Positions 18,711 to 30,331 are shown, counted from the first letter of the stretch. The stretch is 64,000 nt of DNA from a bacterium (GCA_021781705.1 JAJXWI010000008.1:179-64178); one strand, 5' to 3'. Notes: generated from the letters alone by a model not told the origin. Numbers and translations are program-made.

Positions 18711-19515
18711 TGATTGAGTTAACTATAGAAAAAAAGGGGCTTGTGTATCTATTTTGGCACAAAGAAAAAGAATAATAAACGAACAAATTTAACGATAAAA
18801 AAATAGCTAAAACAAAAAAGAGAGAGCAAGAGTAGTATTTGATATCTATAATAGTTGCTGGGGAATGAGTGATGGCGAATGGATGATTATGTTTGCCAAC
18901 AAATTTAATAACAATCTCGACAAAAACCCATATTAAAAAAATTATAATAAATTCATACCCTTCGTATCTGGCAAAGCAGGCCAATGTCACGACAAAAGAA
19001 AACAGGCTCCATTTAACTACAGACCTATTCTTTATTGCTGCAACAGCACAGACTAGAGCGATAGCTATCAATGGAATATATAAACTATCTCTAAGGCACC
19101 TTACGCTTATTCTGACTAAAGATGGATGAATAGCGCCGAAAAATGCTGCGAGTAAAGCTAAATCCGCCCTTTTAAGTAAAGTTTTTACTATATAAAACAT
19201 GCAAAATGGAATCAAGGAACCTAACATAATGCCAAAAAAAATTCCTGTAATTTCAGGTTGAATTCCTAACTTGTATCCCAAACTCATTAGAAAGGGCAAT
19301 AAGGGAGGAATCGTTTGTAGGCAATTTGAATACGTATAATTGGCTCCATAGTTAGCCCAATTAATAGCCATGTTAAAATAGATATAACAATCGACGTCAT
19401 ATCTATTCATTTCTATGGCTCTTATGATTCTTAGCACAATACCCAACAAAACGATAAGTATAAGTGATGCGGCTTTGTTCTTTGCTATATTTTTTAGGAT
19501 ATGGATAAAATCCAT
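18688..19515 (-). CDS. GT-C-fold glycosyltransferase-like membrane protein (ArnT/PMT_2-like N-terminal part)
   Basis: 275 aa and polytopic. The N-terminal pattern (...LILIVLLGIVLRIIRA...D...Y...A...) is typical of ArnT/PMT-like GT-C enzymes, but the ORF is only about half the usual length. Confidence 0.5.
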   Translation of the reverse strand: MDFIHILKNIAKNKAASLILIVLLGIVLRIIRAIEMNRYDVDCYIYFNMAINWANYGANYTYSNCLQTIPPLLPFLMSLGYKLGIQPEITGIFFGIMLGSLIPFCMFYIVKTLLKRADLALLAAFFGAIHPSLVRISVRCLRDSLYIPLIAIALVCAVAAIKNRSVVKWSLFSFVVTLACFARYEGYEFIIIFLIWVFVEIVIKFVGKHNHPFAITHSPATIIDIKYYSCSLFFVLAIFLSLNLFVYYSFSLCQNRYTSPFFSIVNSIIDSIFTK

Positions 19516-19530
19516 GTTTTTTAAAACCTT

Positions 19531-20322
19531 TTAGTTTGTTAAAATAAGAGTTGCCTCAATTGTCATGGCTCCATCAGGGGGTGGAGGCAATTTGTCTATT
19601 GTGCTAAGCATCCGTTTTACAGAATCGTCCATTTCTGCGAAATTGCTATTTTTTATAATCTGGTAGTCCATAAGCCTGCCATCTCTTCCTATATTGAGTC
19701 TAACCAACACAGAAGGGGGGGCTCCTGATACTGCAAGCTTCGAGGGCTGTTCCCACCTTTCATATAAAAGAGAAGATATTGAGTCATAATAGGTTAGCAT
19801 GGCGGGATTTGCCTGAGCTGTACCGCTTGCCCCAAACTTCACGCTGCTCAAACTGTTTTTGAGATTTGCAGCCAATGCCGAAGCACTTACTCCTTGAACA
19901 GAATTTGTTGCGGTTGTATGCGCTACGGGTTTAAACTCCTTTATCTGGGTTTCCGTAGGCTTTGTTATTTGAGTTATATCAAGAGGCTTCCATGTTTTTT
20001 TTGCAGGAACTTTCTGAACTGATTTTGCTTCTTTTTGCTTTGCATTTTCTGTTTTTTTCTTTTGTTTTTGCGCCTGAGTTTGAGTCTGAGTTTGAGTCTG
20101 AAGAGATGATGAAGCTACCATTGCGCTCATTTCCTGATACGCTGCTGAACTTGTTAAACTAACGGTTATTGCCTGTGGCGCAGTCTTCCAAAAAAAGTTT
20201 TGGATAATTCCGGATAAATAAAGAACAAGAATAAAAGCTACATGAATAGCACCCACATACAGCATAGTTTTTTGAGACACTATGCCGTCACTTTGCTGTT
20301 CAAATTTAAGCTTCAGATACAT
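19531..20322 (-). CDS. TonB-family energy transducer
   Basis: 263 aa: N-terminal TM anchor, low-complexity QTQTQTQAQKQKKK linker, and a C-terminal TonB_C-like domain (VLVRLNIGRDGRLMDYQIIKNSN...). Confidence 0.7.
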   Translation of the reverse strand: MYLKLKFEQQSDGIVSQKTMLYVGAIHVAFILVLYLSGIIQNFFWKTAPQAITVSLTSSAAYQEMSAMVASSSLQTQTQTQTQAQKQKKKTENAKQKEAKSVQKVPAKKTWKPLDITQITKPTETQIKEFKPVAHTTATNSVQGVSASALAANLKNSLSSVKFGASGTAQANPAMLTYYDSISSLLYERWEQPSKLAVSGAPPSVLVRLNIGRDGRLMDYQIIKNSNFAEMDDSVKRMLSTIDKLPPPPDGAMTIEATLILTN

Positions 20323-20471
20323 AAAAACAGTTTCAGGTTTTTAAGGCTTGAAGGCCTCATTTTATAAAAAATCAATAATAATTATCAATAAAATTGTAGA
20401 AAAATCCTGTCTAACATTTAATGTAGGATTTGTTTTTTTCAATCATATAACATTATAAAGAGGAATTTATT

Positions 20472-20861
20472 GTGAGGGGAGCGTGTTTGGGAGGTAGTTT
20501 ATTATGCGTACTATTAATAACATCATGCTGTTGTCTAATGAAAGCTAATGGTAATTTTACACAAAAGGATTCAGGGACCGCCTTTAATTCTTCAAAAGGT
20601 AGTTTTATAGAAATAGCACTAAAAGGGAACCCTACTACTGGTTACACGTGGAATATAGCCGAATACGATCAAGAAATACTTAAATTGGAAGGTTCAACAT
20701 TTGTGCGAGATTCTGATTTGGCAGGAGCAGGAGGAGTTGAGATCTTTAAATTTTCAGTCATAGGTAAAGGTAAAACTACTTTGGTTATTCAATACAATCG
20801 GGTGTGGGAAAAAGATGTGAAGCCCATAGAAGTATTTAAACTTACCATCAATTCTAAGTAA
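20472..20861 (+). CDS. Chagasin-family cysteine-protease inhibitor (MEROPS I42), secreted/lipoprotein
   Basis: 129 aa with a signal-like N-terminus. The hallmark motif GNPTTGYTWNI is present, along with GAGGVEIFKF and the C-terminal YNRVWEK pattern. Confidence 0.85.
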   Translation: MRGACLGGSLLCVLLITSCCCLMKANGNFTQKDSGTAFNSSKGSFIEIALKGNPTTGYTWNIAEYDQEILKLEGSTFVRDSDLAGAGGVEIFKFSVIGKGKTTLVIQYNRVWEKDVKPIEVFKLTINSK

Positions 20862-20899
20862 ATTAAAATTTATTATAATAGTTTTTAAGGAAAGCTTAC

Positions 20900-22696
20900 A
20901 TGCCTAGGAAATACCATATTGCAAACATTATAGGGGTAACATTGTTTTTAATATCATTTGTTTCTTTTAGTAGTGATGTGGCTGCTAAACAAGAGACATC
21001 TAGATCCGCAGACGCAAATCCCAAAGATTCAACGTCAACTTTCGAAGGCACCTCTGGAGCAGTAGCCGAAACTTCTAAATATTCAGGTCCAATTGTTGTT
21101 GGAAGCGATTTCTTTGTAAAGGAGGGGAAGAAATTTCTAAATTTAAGCGGAGCAGACATCGCAGTACAGCCTGATTATATTTTAAAAACTGCCGATGTCC
21201 TAGTTGTTGATATTTGGGGAGATTTGGATTTACATTATTCTCTAAATATAAATAAGGACGGCTCAATTGTTATACCCAACGTAGGCAGGGTTGACCTTCA
21301 AGGGCTTTCTTTTGAACAGGGGAAAAAGAAAATACTTAATAAATTGGCCGATACATATGGGTTCTACATTGATAAGAATGATCCTGGTGCTGGCAAAGCA
21401 CACTTGGATATAACATTAGGGAAAATTTCCGGAGTAAAAGTCTACCTTTCCGGAGAAGTTGTTCATCCCGGCGTAGTAATGCTAAACGGCGCTAATTCAT
21501 CAGTTATTGCCGCAATAGCTGCAGGCGAAGGACTCAAAAATACAGGAAGCGTAAGGAATATTCAAATTACACATGCGGATAACATTAAATCAGTGTTTGA
21601 TTTATACGATTTTCTATTCAAAGGAAAATTATCACCGGAAAATAAATATTTAAAGGATGGAGATATCGTATATGTACCTCCCATGAAATATAAGGCTTAT
21701 GCTCTAGGAGCTTTAACAAATCCTGGAACTTACGAAATAAACTCTGAGGAAACTCTAGCTTCGTTGATAGGCATTGCAGGAGGCTTTAGCAGTTTTTCTT
21801 CAGGAAAAATTGCTATTTCAAATGCAAGTAACGATATCTATGACAAAGAAAAGCGGAAAGCAGAAAGGCAAGAATATTTTTCAAAGGTAGAAAATTGTAA
21901 GGTTGGGGATAACGATATTATTCTTGCAAAAGAGCAATTAAGTCAAAAGCCGTATAGCTATATCGAAATTACCGGCAAAGGCGCTAGATATAATGGAAAA
22001 CTCCGTTTCGAAAATGGATTAACAATTAAAGACTATATCAATAGGGCTGGAGGCTTATACCGTGACGCTTATAAAACTATTATTCTCCAATCCACAAATG
22101 AAGACGGAGCTACTTCCTTCAATGCATTAGAAACCTTCACGGATAAAGATAAAAATACTCGACTTTTACCTGGGGATAAACTAATAATAGAAGATTCTGA
22201 CACTTTTTATAATAGCAATTTTGCTTTTATCTGTGGCTACTTCGAGCATCCACAGATGATGAAAATTACAGGTAATGAAAAGATTTCTGACCTTGTAAAA
22301 ATTGGCAACCCAAAAAGTACTGCTAGCATTGAAAGCGCATCATTTACACATAATGGGAAGAGGATATTTTTTGATCTGCAAAAAATCATTGACAATCCAA
22401 GTTTAGGAATGAATATTAATGTTGGGATGCACGATATGTTATTTGTGCCAAAATCTGAACCGTATATTGAAGTTTCAGGAGGTGTATTGTCTCCAGGCTT
22501 TTATCCATATTCAAAAGGTCAGACAGCTAAATATTATATTGATCTAGCTGGAGGATTTTCTGATAATGCGGATAAGTATAACACTATATTAATTGAGGGT
22601 ACAGGACATTCAATTAATGGATATTCATGGTGTTTGTGGTTTGCTGATCCTAACGTAAAGAATGGAACAAAAATAGAAGTTCCTGTAAAGGGATAA
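20900..22696 (+). CDS. Polysaccharide export protein (Wza-like; Poly_export + SLBB domains)
   Basis: 598 aa. Poly_export-like segment DVLVVDIWGD...INKDGSIVIPNVGRVDLQGLSFEQ and repeated SLBB-like LKDGDIVYVP / LLPGDKLII motifs. Confidence 0.8.
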   Translation: MPRKYHIANIIGVTLFLISFVSFSSDVAAKQETSRSADANPKDSTSTFEGTSGAVAETSKYSGPIVVGSDFFVKEGKKFLNLSGADIAVQPDYILKTADVLVVDIWGDLDLHYSLNINKDGSIVIPNVGRVDLQGLSFEQGKKKILNKLADTYGFYIDKNDPGAGKAHLDITLGKISGVKVYLSGEVVHPGVVMLNGANSSVIAAIAAGEGLKNTGSVRNIQITHADNIKSVFDLYDFLFKGKLSPENKYLKDGDIVYVPPMKYKAYALGALTNPGTYEINSEETLASLIGIAGGFSSFSSGKIAISNASNDIYDKEKRKAERQEYFSKVENCKVGDNDIILAKEQLSQKPYSYIEITGKGARYNGKLRFENGLTIKDYINRAGGLYRDAYKTIILQSTNEDGATSFNALETFTDKDKNTRLLPGDKLIIEDSDTFYNSNFAFICGYFEHPQMMKITGNEKISDLVKIGNPKSTASIESASFTHNGKRIFFDLQKIIDNPSLGMNINVGMHDMLFVPKSEPYIEVSGGVLSPGFYPYSKGQTAKYYIDLAGGFSDNADKYNTILIEGTGHSINGYSWCLWFADPNVKNGTKIEVPVKG

Positions 22697-22998
22697 TGAG
22701 AAAAATTATGGTTCTCGCAGTTCCGGCATCACGATAAAGTTGGGATACAACAACGATGAAATCGTTAAGATTTGTGACTAGTACTGCCCAACATATTAGC
22801 AGCCATCACACTAGGAACTTTAATAATATAAAAGCTTGACTATTTGACGAAGTTTCCGCATCCAGTTTTCAAAATTAGCCATTTCACCGCCGAAGCCAGA
22901 AAGCATATTGTTTCCGCTTGCAAATTAACAACACATGAAATCCGGGAAAACTTTAGTTTAAATATAAGCAAATCTGAAACAGAAAACTGCTTATTTTT

Positions 22999-24201
22999 TT
23001 AATTTCTCTTAAGCCAGCGGTAAAAATCGAAAGTGGTTCTGCCATTACGAATTACTCTAAAAGACAAAACCCCTTTGTATTGTTTTATCAGATATTTTAG
23101 CCTATTAAAAACAAGTCTTATCTTTCTGATGCTGATTCTTTTTTCTCCTCCAAACAAACTGATATTTTCCCCATTAAGAATCTTCAATGCCTGGCGAAAA
23201 AGATTTTGCCCAGTTGTACGTTGCAGCACACGGCTCAGTCTATCATCAGTCAAAGAAGAAACATCAAATAGCTCTTTTTGCATAAACGATATCTGCGGAT
23301 ATCCAAAATTATTGGGCCTAAATCTAGCTAATACTTCATCCGGCACATTTGCTCGGAATAATATTTTTGAAAGGTACAATATACAAAATACATCTTTTTC
23401 GGAAGTCCATTCCTTGGCTATAGAAAAAAGGGAATTCCAGTCCAGGTTTGATTGTTGCAAAATAAGAGCTATATCATAAAGTTGAAGCAATTGACCTCTG
23501 AAATTATCAATAACTATCTTTACACATAAATGAACAATAAGATATTCTAAAGGCAATGCAACAATTTCCAGTCCAAAGAGTTTTTCCACAACAACACTCC
23601 TCCACAATTTATCAGTATCGACTGATTTTTTCCACGAAAAAATCAGACTGGGAGAAATGTCCCAGTGTGGCTCTATTAAAATATCAGTTTTTGTAGTTAT
23701 TCCTGGACAATGAAGCTGCCTCTTAGAATCCGCATCTTCTATGCTTTTAATTTTATATCCATTTCCTTCTAATAATTCGAATATTCTATCAGTGTCTTCC
23801 TTTTTAACCAGAATATCTATATCACACATCGGACGCAGCGCCGGTTTTTTATAAAATTTCTCGGCAATATAAGCGCCCTTCAGCAATATCACATCTATCT
23901 TATTGCCGCCTAAAATCATCAATAGATTTTTTATTTCATGATAAAGAATAGCATACCTTGCGGCAGAATTCATATACTCGCCTCGCAGCAAATCCGCCAT
24001 CGCCGAAGGAAGAGGTAATTCATTTTTATATTTTAATAGTTTTGAGTAAAGAAGAGGAGCTAATTTATATCTGGACGAAAATGTTAAAAGAGTGTTCCAG
24101 TCTGCCTCAGTAAAGTTCCTAAGCCTGGACAGAAAACTTTCGCTGTCATCCTTAAAAGACAAAATATCGCAAATTAAAAATCCTGTTTCTTCTAATGTCA
24201 T
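22999..24201 (-). CDS. Uncharacterised nucleotidyltransferase-family protein (NTP_transf_5-like)
   Basis: 400 aa. The LLKG...PMCDIDILV motif resembles the minimal nucleotidyltransferase fold family. Assignment is from memory. Confidence 0.5.
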   Translation of the reverse strand: MTLEETGFLICDILSFKDDSESFLSRLRNFTEADWNTLLTFSSRYKLAPLLYSKLLKYKNELPLPSAMADLLRGEYMNSAARYAILYHEIKNLLMILGGNKIDVILLKGAYIAEKFYKKPALRPMCDIDILVKKEDTDRIFELLEGNGYKIKSIEDADSKRQLHCPGITTKTDILIEPHWDISPSLIFSWKKSVDTDKLWRSVVVEKLFGLEIVALPLEYLIVHLCVKIVIDNFRGQLLQLYDIALILQQSNLDWNSLFSIAKEWTSEKDVFCILYLSKILFRANVPDEVLARFRPNNFGYPQISFMQKELFDVSSLTDDRLSRVLQRTTGQNLFRQALKILNGENISLFGGEKRISIRKIRLVFNRLKYLIKQYKGVLSFRVIRNGRTTFDFYRWLKRN

Positions 24202-24266
24202 GAAATTACTCTTATTTTATTAATAATAATTGCAACTATTCATATTGTTTGGACAATACCATATAA

Positions 24267-26264
24267 CTAGTAGTTACAATGTTTTTTAATTTTATCTGCG
24301 ATCTGTTCCTTCGTGAAACCAAATTTTTCTTCAAGCACTTTTTGAGGTGCGGAAGCTCCAAAATGATCAATTCCGATGGACAATCCGGCATCTCCGACAA
24401 ATTCTCTCCAGCCAAATGTTGTTCCAAGCTCAATCGATACCTTATTTTTGAAATCTGAAGGAAGAACATATTCCCTGTAAGCTTTATCCTGCTTCAAAAA
24501 CAGCTCTCTTGAGGGCATGGACACTACGCCAGCGTTTATATTATCTTTCGCAAGAAGCTCAGATACTTTTAGAGCTAATCCAACTTCAGAACCTGTAGCA
24601 ATCATTATCACATCAGGATTATCGCTGTCCTTAAGAATATAAGCGCCCTTTTGGACATCGATCCTTCCTGAAAGTTCAGTTGGTATAGAATCAAGATTTT
24701 GTCTAGTAAGAATAAGACAGACAGGCCCCTTTAGTCTTAAAGCCGCATTCCAGGCATGTGCAACTTCATTGGCATCGGCAGGCCTGATTACGGTAACATC
24801 AGGGATAGATCTGAGCATATTTAACTGTTCTATTGGCTGATGGGTAGGACCATCTTCTCCGACATAAATTGAATCATGAGTAAATATGTATATCACGTGC
24901 AGATTTTGAATAGCAGAAAGCCTTATAGCCGGCTTCATATAATCAGAAAATACCAGAAAGGTTGAGCCGTATGGGATAGCAGTTCCATAAAGAGCCATGC
25001 CGTTCATAGCCAACCCCATTTCGAATTCCCTTATTCCGAAATGTAAGTTTCTACCAGCCCTGTTCTGTGCCGTAAAACTTGACTCGTCGACAATGTTTGT
25101 TTTTGTTGAAGGAGAAAGATCTGCTGCGCCTCCAGCTAGAGCAGGAACTAGTTGAGCCACTTTTTGCATTATAATGCCACTAGATGCTCTGGTGGCTATA
25201 GGTTTACCTGTCGGGGTAATCGCTTTCAATTGGTCAAGCAAATCAGCAGGAAGATGTTTGTGAAGTAAAGCAGATATAAGCTTTGCTGAATCACTATTTT
25301 TCTCAAGAAACTTGTTAAATTCGGCATCCCATTTCATTGACTCTGCGGCAAGGGCATCTACCCTGACACTACAGGCTGCTTTTAATTCAGGGTGCACATA
25401 AAAAGCCTCTTCTGAAAAACCAAGCCCCTTCTTAACGGCTGCCACTTCCTCTACTCCGAGAGGTTCTCCATGCGCGGAATTTTTACCTTTCTTATTTGGA
25501 GAGCTAAAAGCAATTTCGGTTCTGCCTATTATCATTGTTGGCCTGCCGTCAGAAACTATTGATTCATCAAGCCCCTTACATATCTGCTTAATATCATTGG
25601 CATTGCCTATAGAAATAACTCTCCACCCATAGGCTTCAAACCGTTGCTTGGCATCATCGCTGCAAGAAAGGGAAGTAGAACCTTCTATTGTGATTGAATT
25701 ACTATCATAAAAACAAATAATATTGTCTAATTTAAGGTGTCCGGCAAGGGAGGCCGCCTCATGAGAACACCCCTCCATTAAGCAGCCATCACCGCACAAT
25801 ATGTATATTTTCTGATTCTTAAAAAGAGGTGTCTTGCCCAACCCTGTTCTTGCAGTGAAATTTTTAGCTTCTATCGCCATGCCAACGGCGCTGGCAAAAC
25901 CACTTGCGAGGGGACCGGTTGTAATCTCAATACCCTTGGTGTGCCCATATTCAGGATGGCCGGGAGTAAGACTTCCCCACTGACGAAATTTCCTAATCTC
26001 ATCCATGCTTAACCCATACTCAAATAGATGCAGCAATGAATAAATCAACATTGAACCATGCCCGGCTGATAGAACAAAACGATCCCGCCCTATCCATTCG
26101 GGATTCATTGGATTGTGCCTCAAGTAATTAAACCACAAAGTAAATGCAAAATCTGCACAGCCCATCGGCATTCCGGGATGCCCTGAATTGGCATTCTGAA
26201 CAGCTTCCGCCGCCAATATCCTGATATTGTCAGCACCCCGTTTTAAGAGTTTCTCATTTTTCAT
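24267..26264 (-). CDS. tkt: Transketolase
   Basis: 665 aa. SGHPGMPMG, ThDP motif GDGCLMEG and the typical central and C-terminal transketolase domains. Confidence 0.97.
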   Translation of the reverse strand: MKNEKLLKRGADNIRILAAEAVQNANSGHPGMPMGCADFAFTLWFNYLRHNPMNPEWIGRDRFVLSAGHGSMLIYSLLHLFEYGLSMDEIRKFRQWGSLTPGHPEYGHTKGIEITTGPLASGFASAVGMAIEAKNFTARTGLGKTPLFKNQKIYILCGDGCLMEGCSHEAASLAGHLKLDNIICFYDSNSITIEGSTSLSCSDDAKQRFEAYGWRVISIGNANDIKQICKGLDESIVSDGRPTMIIGRTEIAFSSPNKKGKNSAHGEPLGVEEVAAVKKGLGFSEEAFYVHPELKAACSVRVDALAAESMKWDAEFNKFLEKNSDSAKLISALLHKHLPADLLDQLKAITPTGKPIATRASSGIIMQKVAQLVPALAGGAADLSPSTKTNIVDESSFTAQNRAGRNLHFGIREFEMGLAMNGMALYGTAIPYGSTFLVFSDYMKPAIRLSAIQNLHVIYIFTHDSIYVGEDGPTHQPIEQLNMLRSIPDVTVIRPADANEVAHAWNAALRLKGPVCLILTRQNLDSIPTELSGRIDVQKGAYILKDSDNPDVIMIATGSEVGLALKVSELLAKDNINAGVVSMPSRELFLKQDKAYREYVLPSDFKNKVSIELGTTFGWREFVGDAGLSIGIDHFGASAPQKVLEEKFGFTKEQIADKIKKHCNY

Positions 26265-26333
26265 TTCTTATCCTTTTCAAAATTGAGTTCGTTTATATTT
26301 TCGGCCTTGACAAAGCAAGGCTCTTCACAGGTG

Positions 26334-28895
26334 TCACACCACAATATTTACTAGTCTGCCCTTTACACAAATCACTTTGCGAACAGGTTTTCCTTTTAAA
26401 TCCTCCATTATGACACTATTTGCCAGAGCGATTTTTTTCATTTCAATTTCGCTGGCTTCTGGAGAGATCATTATTTTAGTTTTTGGCTTGCCTAAAATCT
26501 GAATAAGGACTTCGACTTCATCCTCCTTTAAATATTCTTCATTATATTCAGGCCATTTTTCGTATGCCAAGGTCTCTTTATGCCCTAGCAGCTCCCACAT
26601 TTCTTCAGCAGCATGAGGAGCGAAAGGAGATAACAATTTTACAAAACACTCTGCTGCTTCTTTTGGAATTTCATCTTCTTTTCCAAATTCGTTAATAAAA
26701 ATCATCATCTGGCTTATGGCAGTATTAAAACCAAATGTTTCGATATCTTCCGTAACTTTTTTAATGGTTTGATGTAAAACAGCAAGCTGTTTTCTATTCA
26801 TGCTAATATTGCTTATTTCAGAACCTGTAATCATTCTCCATGATTTCTTAAGGAACCTATAAACCCCTTCAACACCTGCAGTATTCCACGGCTTAACTGC
26901 TTCAAGCGGCCCCATAAACATCTCATAAAGCCTCATGCTATCGGCACCGTATTGGGCAATTATATCATCAGGATTAACCACATTTTTAAGAGATTTTGAC
27001 ATTTTTGCGGGAAATTCTACCAGTTCCTCTCCGGTATCTTTGCTATAAAAATTCCCGTCTCGGGATTCTACCTTATCAGAAGGAACAAGAACACCTCTGG
27101 CATCTTTATACGAAAGCCCAAGAATCATCCCCTGATTGATCAGTTTTTTAAAAGGTTCAGAAGTTGAGACCAAGCCTAAATCAAAGAGAACTTTGTGCCA
27201 AAATCTGGCGTACAACAAATGCAGTACGGCATGCTCCGCCCCTCCTATATATAAATCTACAGGCATCCAGTATTTTTCTTTCTTGCTATCCCATGCTTTG
27301 TCAGCATTTAAAGGATCTATATACCTCAAATAATACCAGCAGGATCCTGCCCATTGCGGCATAGTATTTGTCTCTCTTCTGCCTTTTTTACCTGTTGTTG
27401 GGTCAACATATTTTAACCAATCTTCAGCATTTGCCAGGGGAGATTCGCCGCCGCCCGAAGGTTTAAAATTATCCACATTAGGGAGAAGAACGGGAAGCTC
27501 ATTCTCATCCAGGAGTTTTATTATTCCATCATCCATATGGACTATCGGAAACGGTTCTCCCCAATATCTTTGACGGCTGAAAAGCCAATCTCTGAGCTTA
27601 TAATTTGTAGCCCTTTTTCCTATGCCCATTTCTTCAAGCCACTGAATAGTTCTTGCTTTAGAATCATTAACTTCAAGACCGTTAATATTCAGGCCTCTCT
27701 CATTTGAAGAATGGATCATTTTCCCATTTCCGTCCCAACATGCTTTCCCGTTAAGAATCTCTTCCACGGATATTTTTTTTACCTCTGCTTCTTTCTCTTC
27801 AGGAGCAATAATACATTTTATAGGAAGAGAAAATTTCTGAGCAAATTCAAAATCACGCGTATCATGCGCTGGAACAGCCATAATTGCGCCTGTCCCATAA
27901 GAAATAAGCACATAATCAGCTATCCATATCGGAATTTTTTCGTTATTGACTGGGTTTATTGCATAAGATCCTGTAAAGGCTCCTGTTTTTTCCTGATTGA
28001 GGGAAGTCCTTTCAAGTTCACTCATTTTTGCGGCGTGTTCAATATAAGCATCAACCTCAGATTTATGATCCTTCGTAGTGATTTTATGCACCAGTTTATG
28101 TTCTGGAGAAATAACCATATACGTGGCGCCAAAAAGAGTGTCAGGCCTTGTTGTATAAACCTCTATTCTTTCATTAAAACCAGCCACCTGGAAAAATAAA
28201 TTCGCTCCGGTAGATTTTCCTATCCAGTTCCTCTGCATTTCCTTGATCCCTTCCGACCAGTCCAATTCATCCAGACCGGCAAGAAGTTTTTCAGCATATT
28301 CGGTAATCTTGAACATCCATTGCTTCATTGGCTTTCTGATTACATCATGCCCGCCGCGCTCGCTCTTGCCATCTATAACTTCTTCATTGGCAAGCACAGT
28401 GCCCAATGCGGGACACCAGTTTACAGGAACTTCATCCAAATAAGCCAACCCCTTTTTGTAGAGCTGAACGAATATCCACTGCGTCCACTTGTAGTATTCC
28501 TTGTCTGTAGTGCTTATTTCTCTGTCCCAGTCATAACTAAATCCCAAAGCCTTAATTTGACGTTTAAATTCTTCAGTATTTTTTTTAGTAGTAATAGACG
28601 GGTGCGTGCCGGTTTCTACTGCATACTGTTCTGCAGGAAGCCCAAAGGCATCCCAACCCATAGGATGGAGAACATTACATCCTCTCATTCTTTTGTATCT
28701 GCAAACAATGTCTGTGGCGGTATATCCTTCAGGATGACCTACATGAAGGCCGGCTCCGCTGGGATATGGAAACATATCAAGAACATAATATTTCTGCTTA
28801 TCCGAAAAGTCAGGAGTTTTGAAAGTCTTATTTTCTTCCCAATGCGTCTGCCACTTTTTCTCTATTTCTTTAAATTTATAGTCTCGTTCGTTCAT
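26334..28895 (-). CDS. leuS: Leucyl-tRNA synthetase
   Basis: 853 aa. HIGH motif (HVGHPEGY), KMSKS motif, and the CP1 editing-domain layout. Confidence 0.97.
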   Translation of the reverse strand: MNERDYKFKEIEKKWQTHWEENKTFKTPDFSDKQKYYVLDMFPYPSGAGLHVGHPEGYTATDIVCRYKRMRGCNVLHPMGWDAFGLPAEQYAVETGTHPSITTKKNTEEFKRQIKALGFSYDWDREISTTDKEYYKWTQWIFVQLYKKGLAYLDEVPVNWCPALGTVLANEEVIDGKSERGGHDVIRKPMKQWMFKITEYAEKLLAGLDELDWSEGIKEMQRNWIGKSTGANLFFQVAGFNERIEVYTTRPDTLFGATYMVISPEHKLVHKITTKDHKSEVDAYIEHAAKMSELERTSLNQEKTGAFTGSYAINPVNNEKIPIWIADYVLISYGTGAIMAVPAHDTRDFEFAQKFSLPIKCIIAPEEKEAEVKKISVEEILNGKACWDGNGKMIHSSNERGLNINGLEVNDSKARTIQWLEEMGIGKRATNYKLRDWLFSRQRYWGEPFPIVHMDDGIIKLLDENELPVLLPNVDNFKPSGGGESPLANAEDWLKYVDPTTGKKGRRETNTMPQWAGSCWYYLRYIDPLNADKAWDSKKEKYWMPVDLYIGGAEHAVLHLLYARFWHKVLFDLGLVSTSEPFKKLINQGMILGLSYKDARGVLVPSDKVESRDGNFYSKDTGEELVEFPAKMSKSLKNVVNPDDIIAQYGADSMRLYEMFMGPLEAVKPWNTAGVEGVYRFLKKSWRMITGSEISNISMNRKQLAVLHQTIKKVTEDIETFGFNTAISQMMIFINEFGKEDEIPKEAAECFVKLLSPFAPHAAEEMWELLGHKETLAYEKWPEYNEEYLKEDEVEVLIQILGKPKTKIMISPEASEIEMKKIALANSVIMEDLKGKPVRKVICVKGRLVNIVV

Positions 28896-28948
28896 AGCTG
28901 ATTCCGGCCTTATTATTACTTTAATTTTTTTTAAATTTAAAGTATTTT

Positions 28949-30331
28949 TTAAGTTAAATGACTTAATGGAGTTTTCCCTATAGGAAATACGTTAAAACCC
29001 ATTTCAAACAGAGCTTCATGATCTAGAATATTTCTGCCGTCAAAGATAAAAGCTGGCTTGGTCATCAATCCTAAGATTTTTGCATAATCGTAAGATTTAA
29101 ATTCTTTCCATTCAGTCAATATCAATATTGCATGGGCATCTTTTGCTGCCTCGTACGGACAGTTGCAGTACTCAATAAGCGACTGGTCCAAGTCAGCAAG
29201 ATCGTGTTTTGCCTCCTTCATGGCTTTAGGGTCATATATCGCAAGTCTTGCTTTTTCTTCGTGTAGCATTTTTGACACATAAATCGCCGGAGATTCTCTC
29301 GTATCTCCAGTGTCTGCTTTGAACGCAAACCCGAATATCGCTATTTTTTTATCCGCGACGGTATTAAACATATTTTCAAGAACTCTCATCACGAATCGGT
29401 TTTGCTGATAATCGTTCATTTTGACAACCTGTTCCCAATATTCAGCGACTTCGGGAAGATTGTAGTGCTCACACAAGTAAACAAGATTCAGGATATCTTT
29501 TTTGAAACAGGATCCGCCAAACCCTACGCTGGCATTCAAAAACTTAGAACCGATTCTTGAGTCAGATCTTATGGCTCTTGAAACTTCTGTAATATTTGCG
29601 TGTGTTTTTTCGCAGAAAGCGGAAATACTGTTTATTGAAGAAACTCTTTGTGCGAGCATTGCGTTTGCGACTAGTTTAGACAGTTCGCTGCTCCAAAGAT
29701 TAGTTGTAATAATATTTTCTTTGGAAACCCAATGCGCATACACATCTACCAGGGCTTGAACGGCAGCTTTTCCAGATGGTGTTTCCATTCCCCCAATCAA
29801 TACTCTATCTGGCTTCTCAAGATCGCTAATAGCCGTGCCTTCAGCAAGAAACTCTGGGTTGGAAAGGACTTCAAATCTGAGCCCCTTTGTGTTAGAGTGA
29901 AGAATTTTTCCCATGGCATCGGCGGCTCTTACGGGAAGCGTGCTTTTTTCTACAACGATTTTATCATCTTCTGAATATGTCAAAATGCTTCTTGCTGTCT
30001 TTTCCCAATACTGCAGGTTTGAGGCTTTCCCTCTTCCGTGTCCAAACATTTTAGTGGGAGTGTTTACGCTTACAAAAATAATATATGCTTCTTTTATTGA
30101 ACTTGTTACATCCGTAGTGAAGAAAAGGTTCTTTCCTCTTGCTGCTTTTACTACTTCATCAAGCCCCGGCTCAAAAATAGGAAGATCATCAGAGTTCCAT
30201 TCCGCTATTCTCTGCGGATTTATATCAGCTACAATAACCTTGTAATCAGGACACTTTTTAGCTATCATAGCCATGGTTGGTCCGCCTACATATCCTGCCC
30301 CTATACACAATATTGTTTTCTTATTAGACAT
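28949..30331 (-). CDS. ugd: UDP-glucose 6-dehydrogenase (long, eukaryote-like form)
   Basis: 460 aa. N-terminal GAGYVGGPT Rossmann motif and catalytic-Cys motif [19 protein letters not shown]. Confidence 0.95.
   Translation of the reverse strand: MSNKKTILCIGAGYVGGPTMAMIAKKCPDYKVIVADINPQRIAEWNSDDLPIFEPGLDEVVKAARGKNLFFTTDVTSSIKEAYIIFVSVNTPTKMFGHGRGKASNLQYWEKTARSILTYSEDDKIVVEKSTLPVRAADAMGKILHSNTKGLRFEVLSNPEFLAEGTAISDLEKPDRVLIGGMETPSGKAAVQALVDVYAHWVSKENIITTNLWSSELSKLVANAMLAQRVSSINSISAFCEKTHANITEVSRAIRSDSRIGSKFLNASVGFGGSCFKKDILNLVYLCEHYNLPEVAEYWEQVVKMNDYQQNRFVMRVLENMFNTVADKKIAIFGFAFKADTGDTRESPAIYVSKMLHEEKARLAIYDPKAMKEAKHDLADLDQSLIEYCNCPYEAAKDAHAILILTEWKEFKSYDYAKILGLMTKPAFIFDGRNILDHEALFEMGFNVFPIGKTPLSHLT

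Noticed and set aside
20074-20100. 12-nt tandem duplication (GAGTTTGAGTCT x2) encoding QTQTQTQTQ in the TonB linker, considered as a possible phase-variable repeat
   Set aside because: There are only about two units, and they are in frame within a low-complexity linker where length variation is tolerated. There is no evidence of switching.
22820-22906. 28-codon minus-strand ORF (MLSGFGGEMANFENWMRKLRQIVKLLYY) downstream of the nucleotidyltransferase-family gene, considered as a possible small peptide precursor
   Set aside because: The RBS is weak or absent, there is no modifying-enzyme context beyond one uncharacterised gene, and ORFs this short arise easily by chance.
27711-28901. 162-aa and 193-aa plus-strand ORFs opposite leuS. 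Similar antisense ORFs lie opposite other long genes, e.g. 11943-12374, 23033-23479, 42989-43498 and 53982-54506.
   Set aside because: These are shadow ORFs on the strand opposite strongly supported genes. They have low-complexity, Phe/Ser/Cys-rich sequences and no independent motifs.
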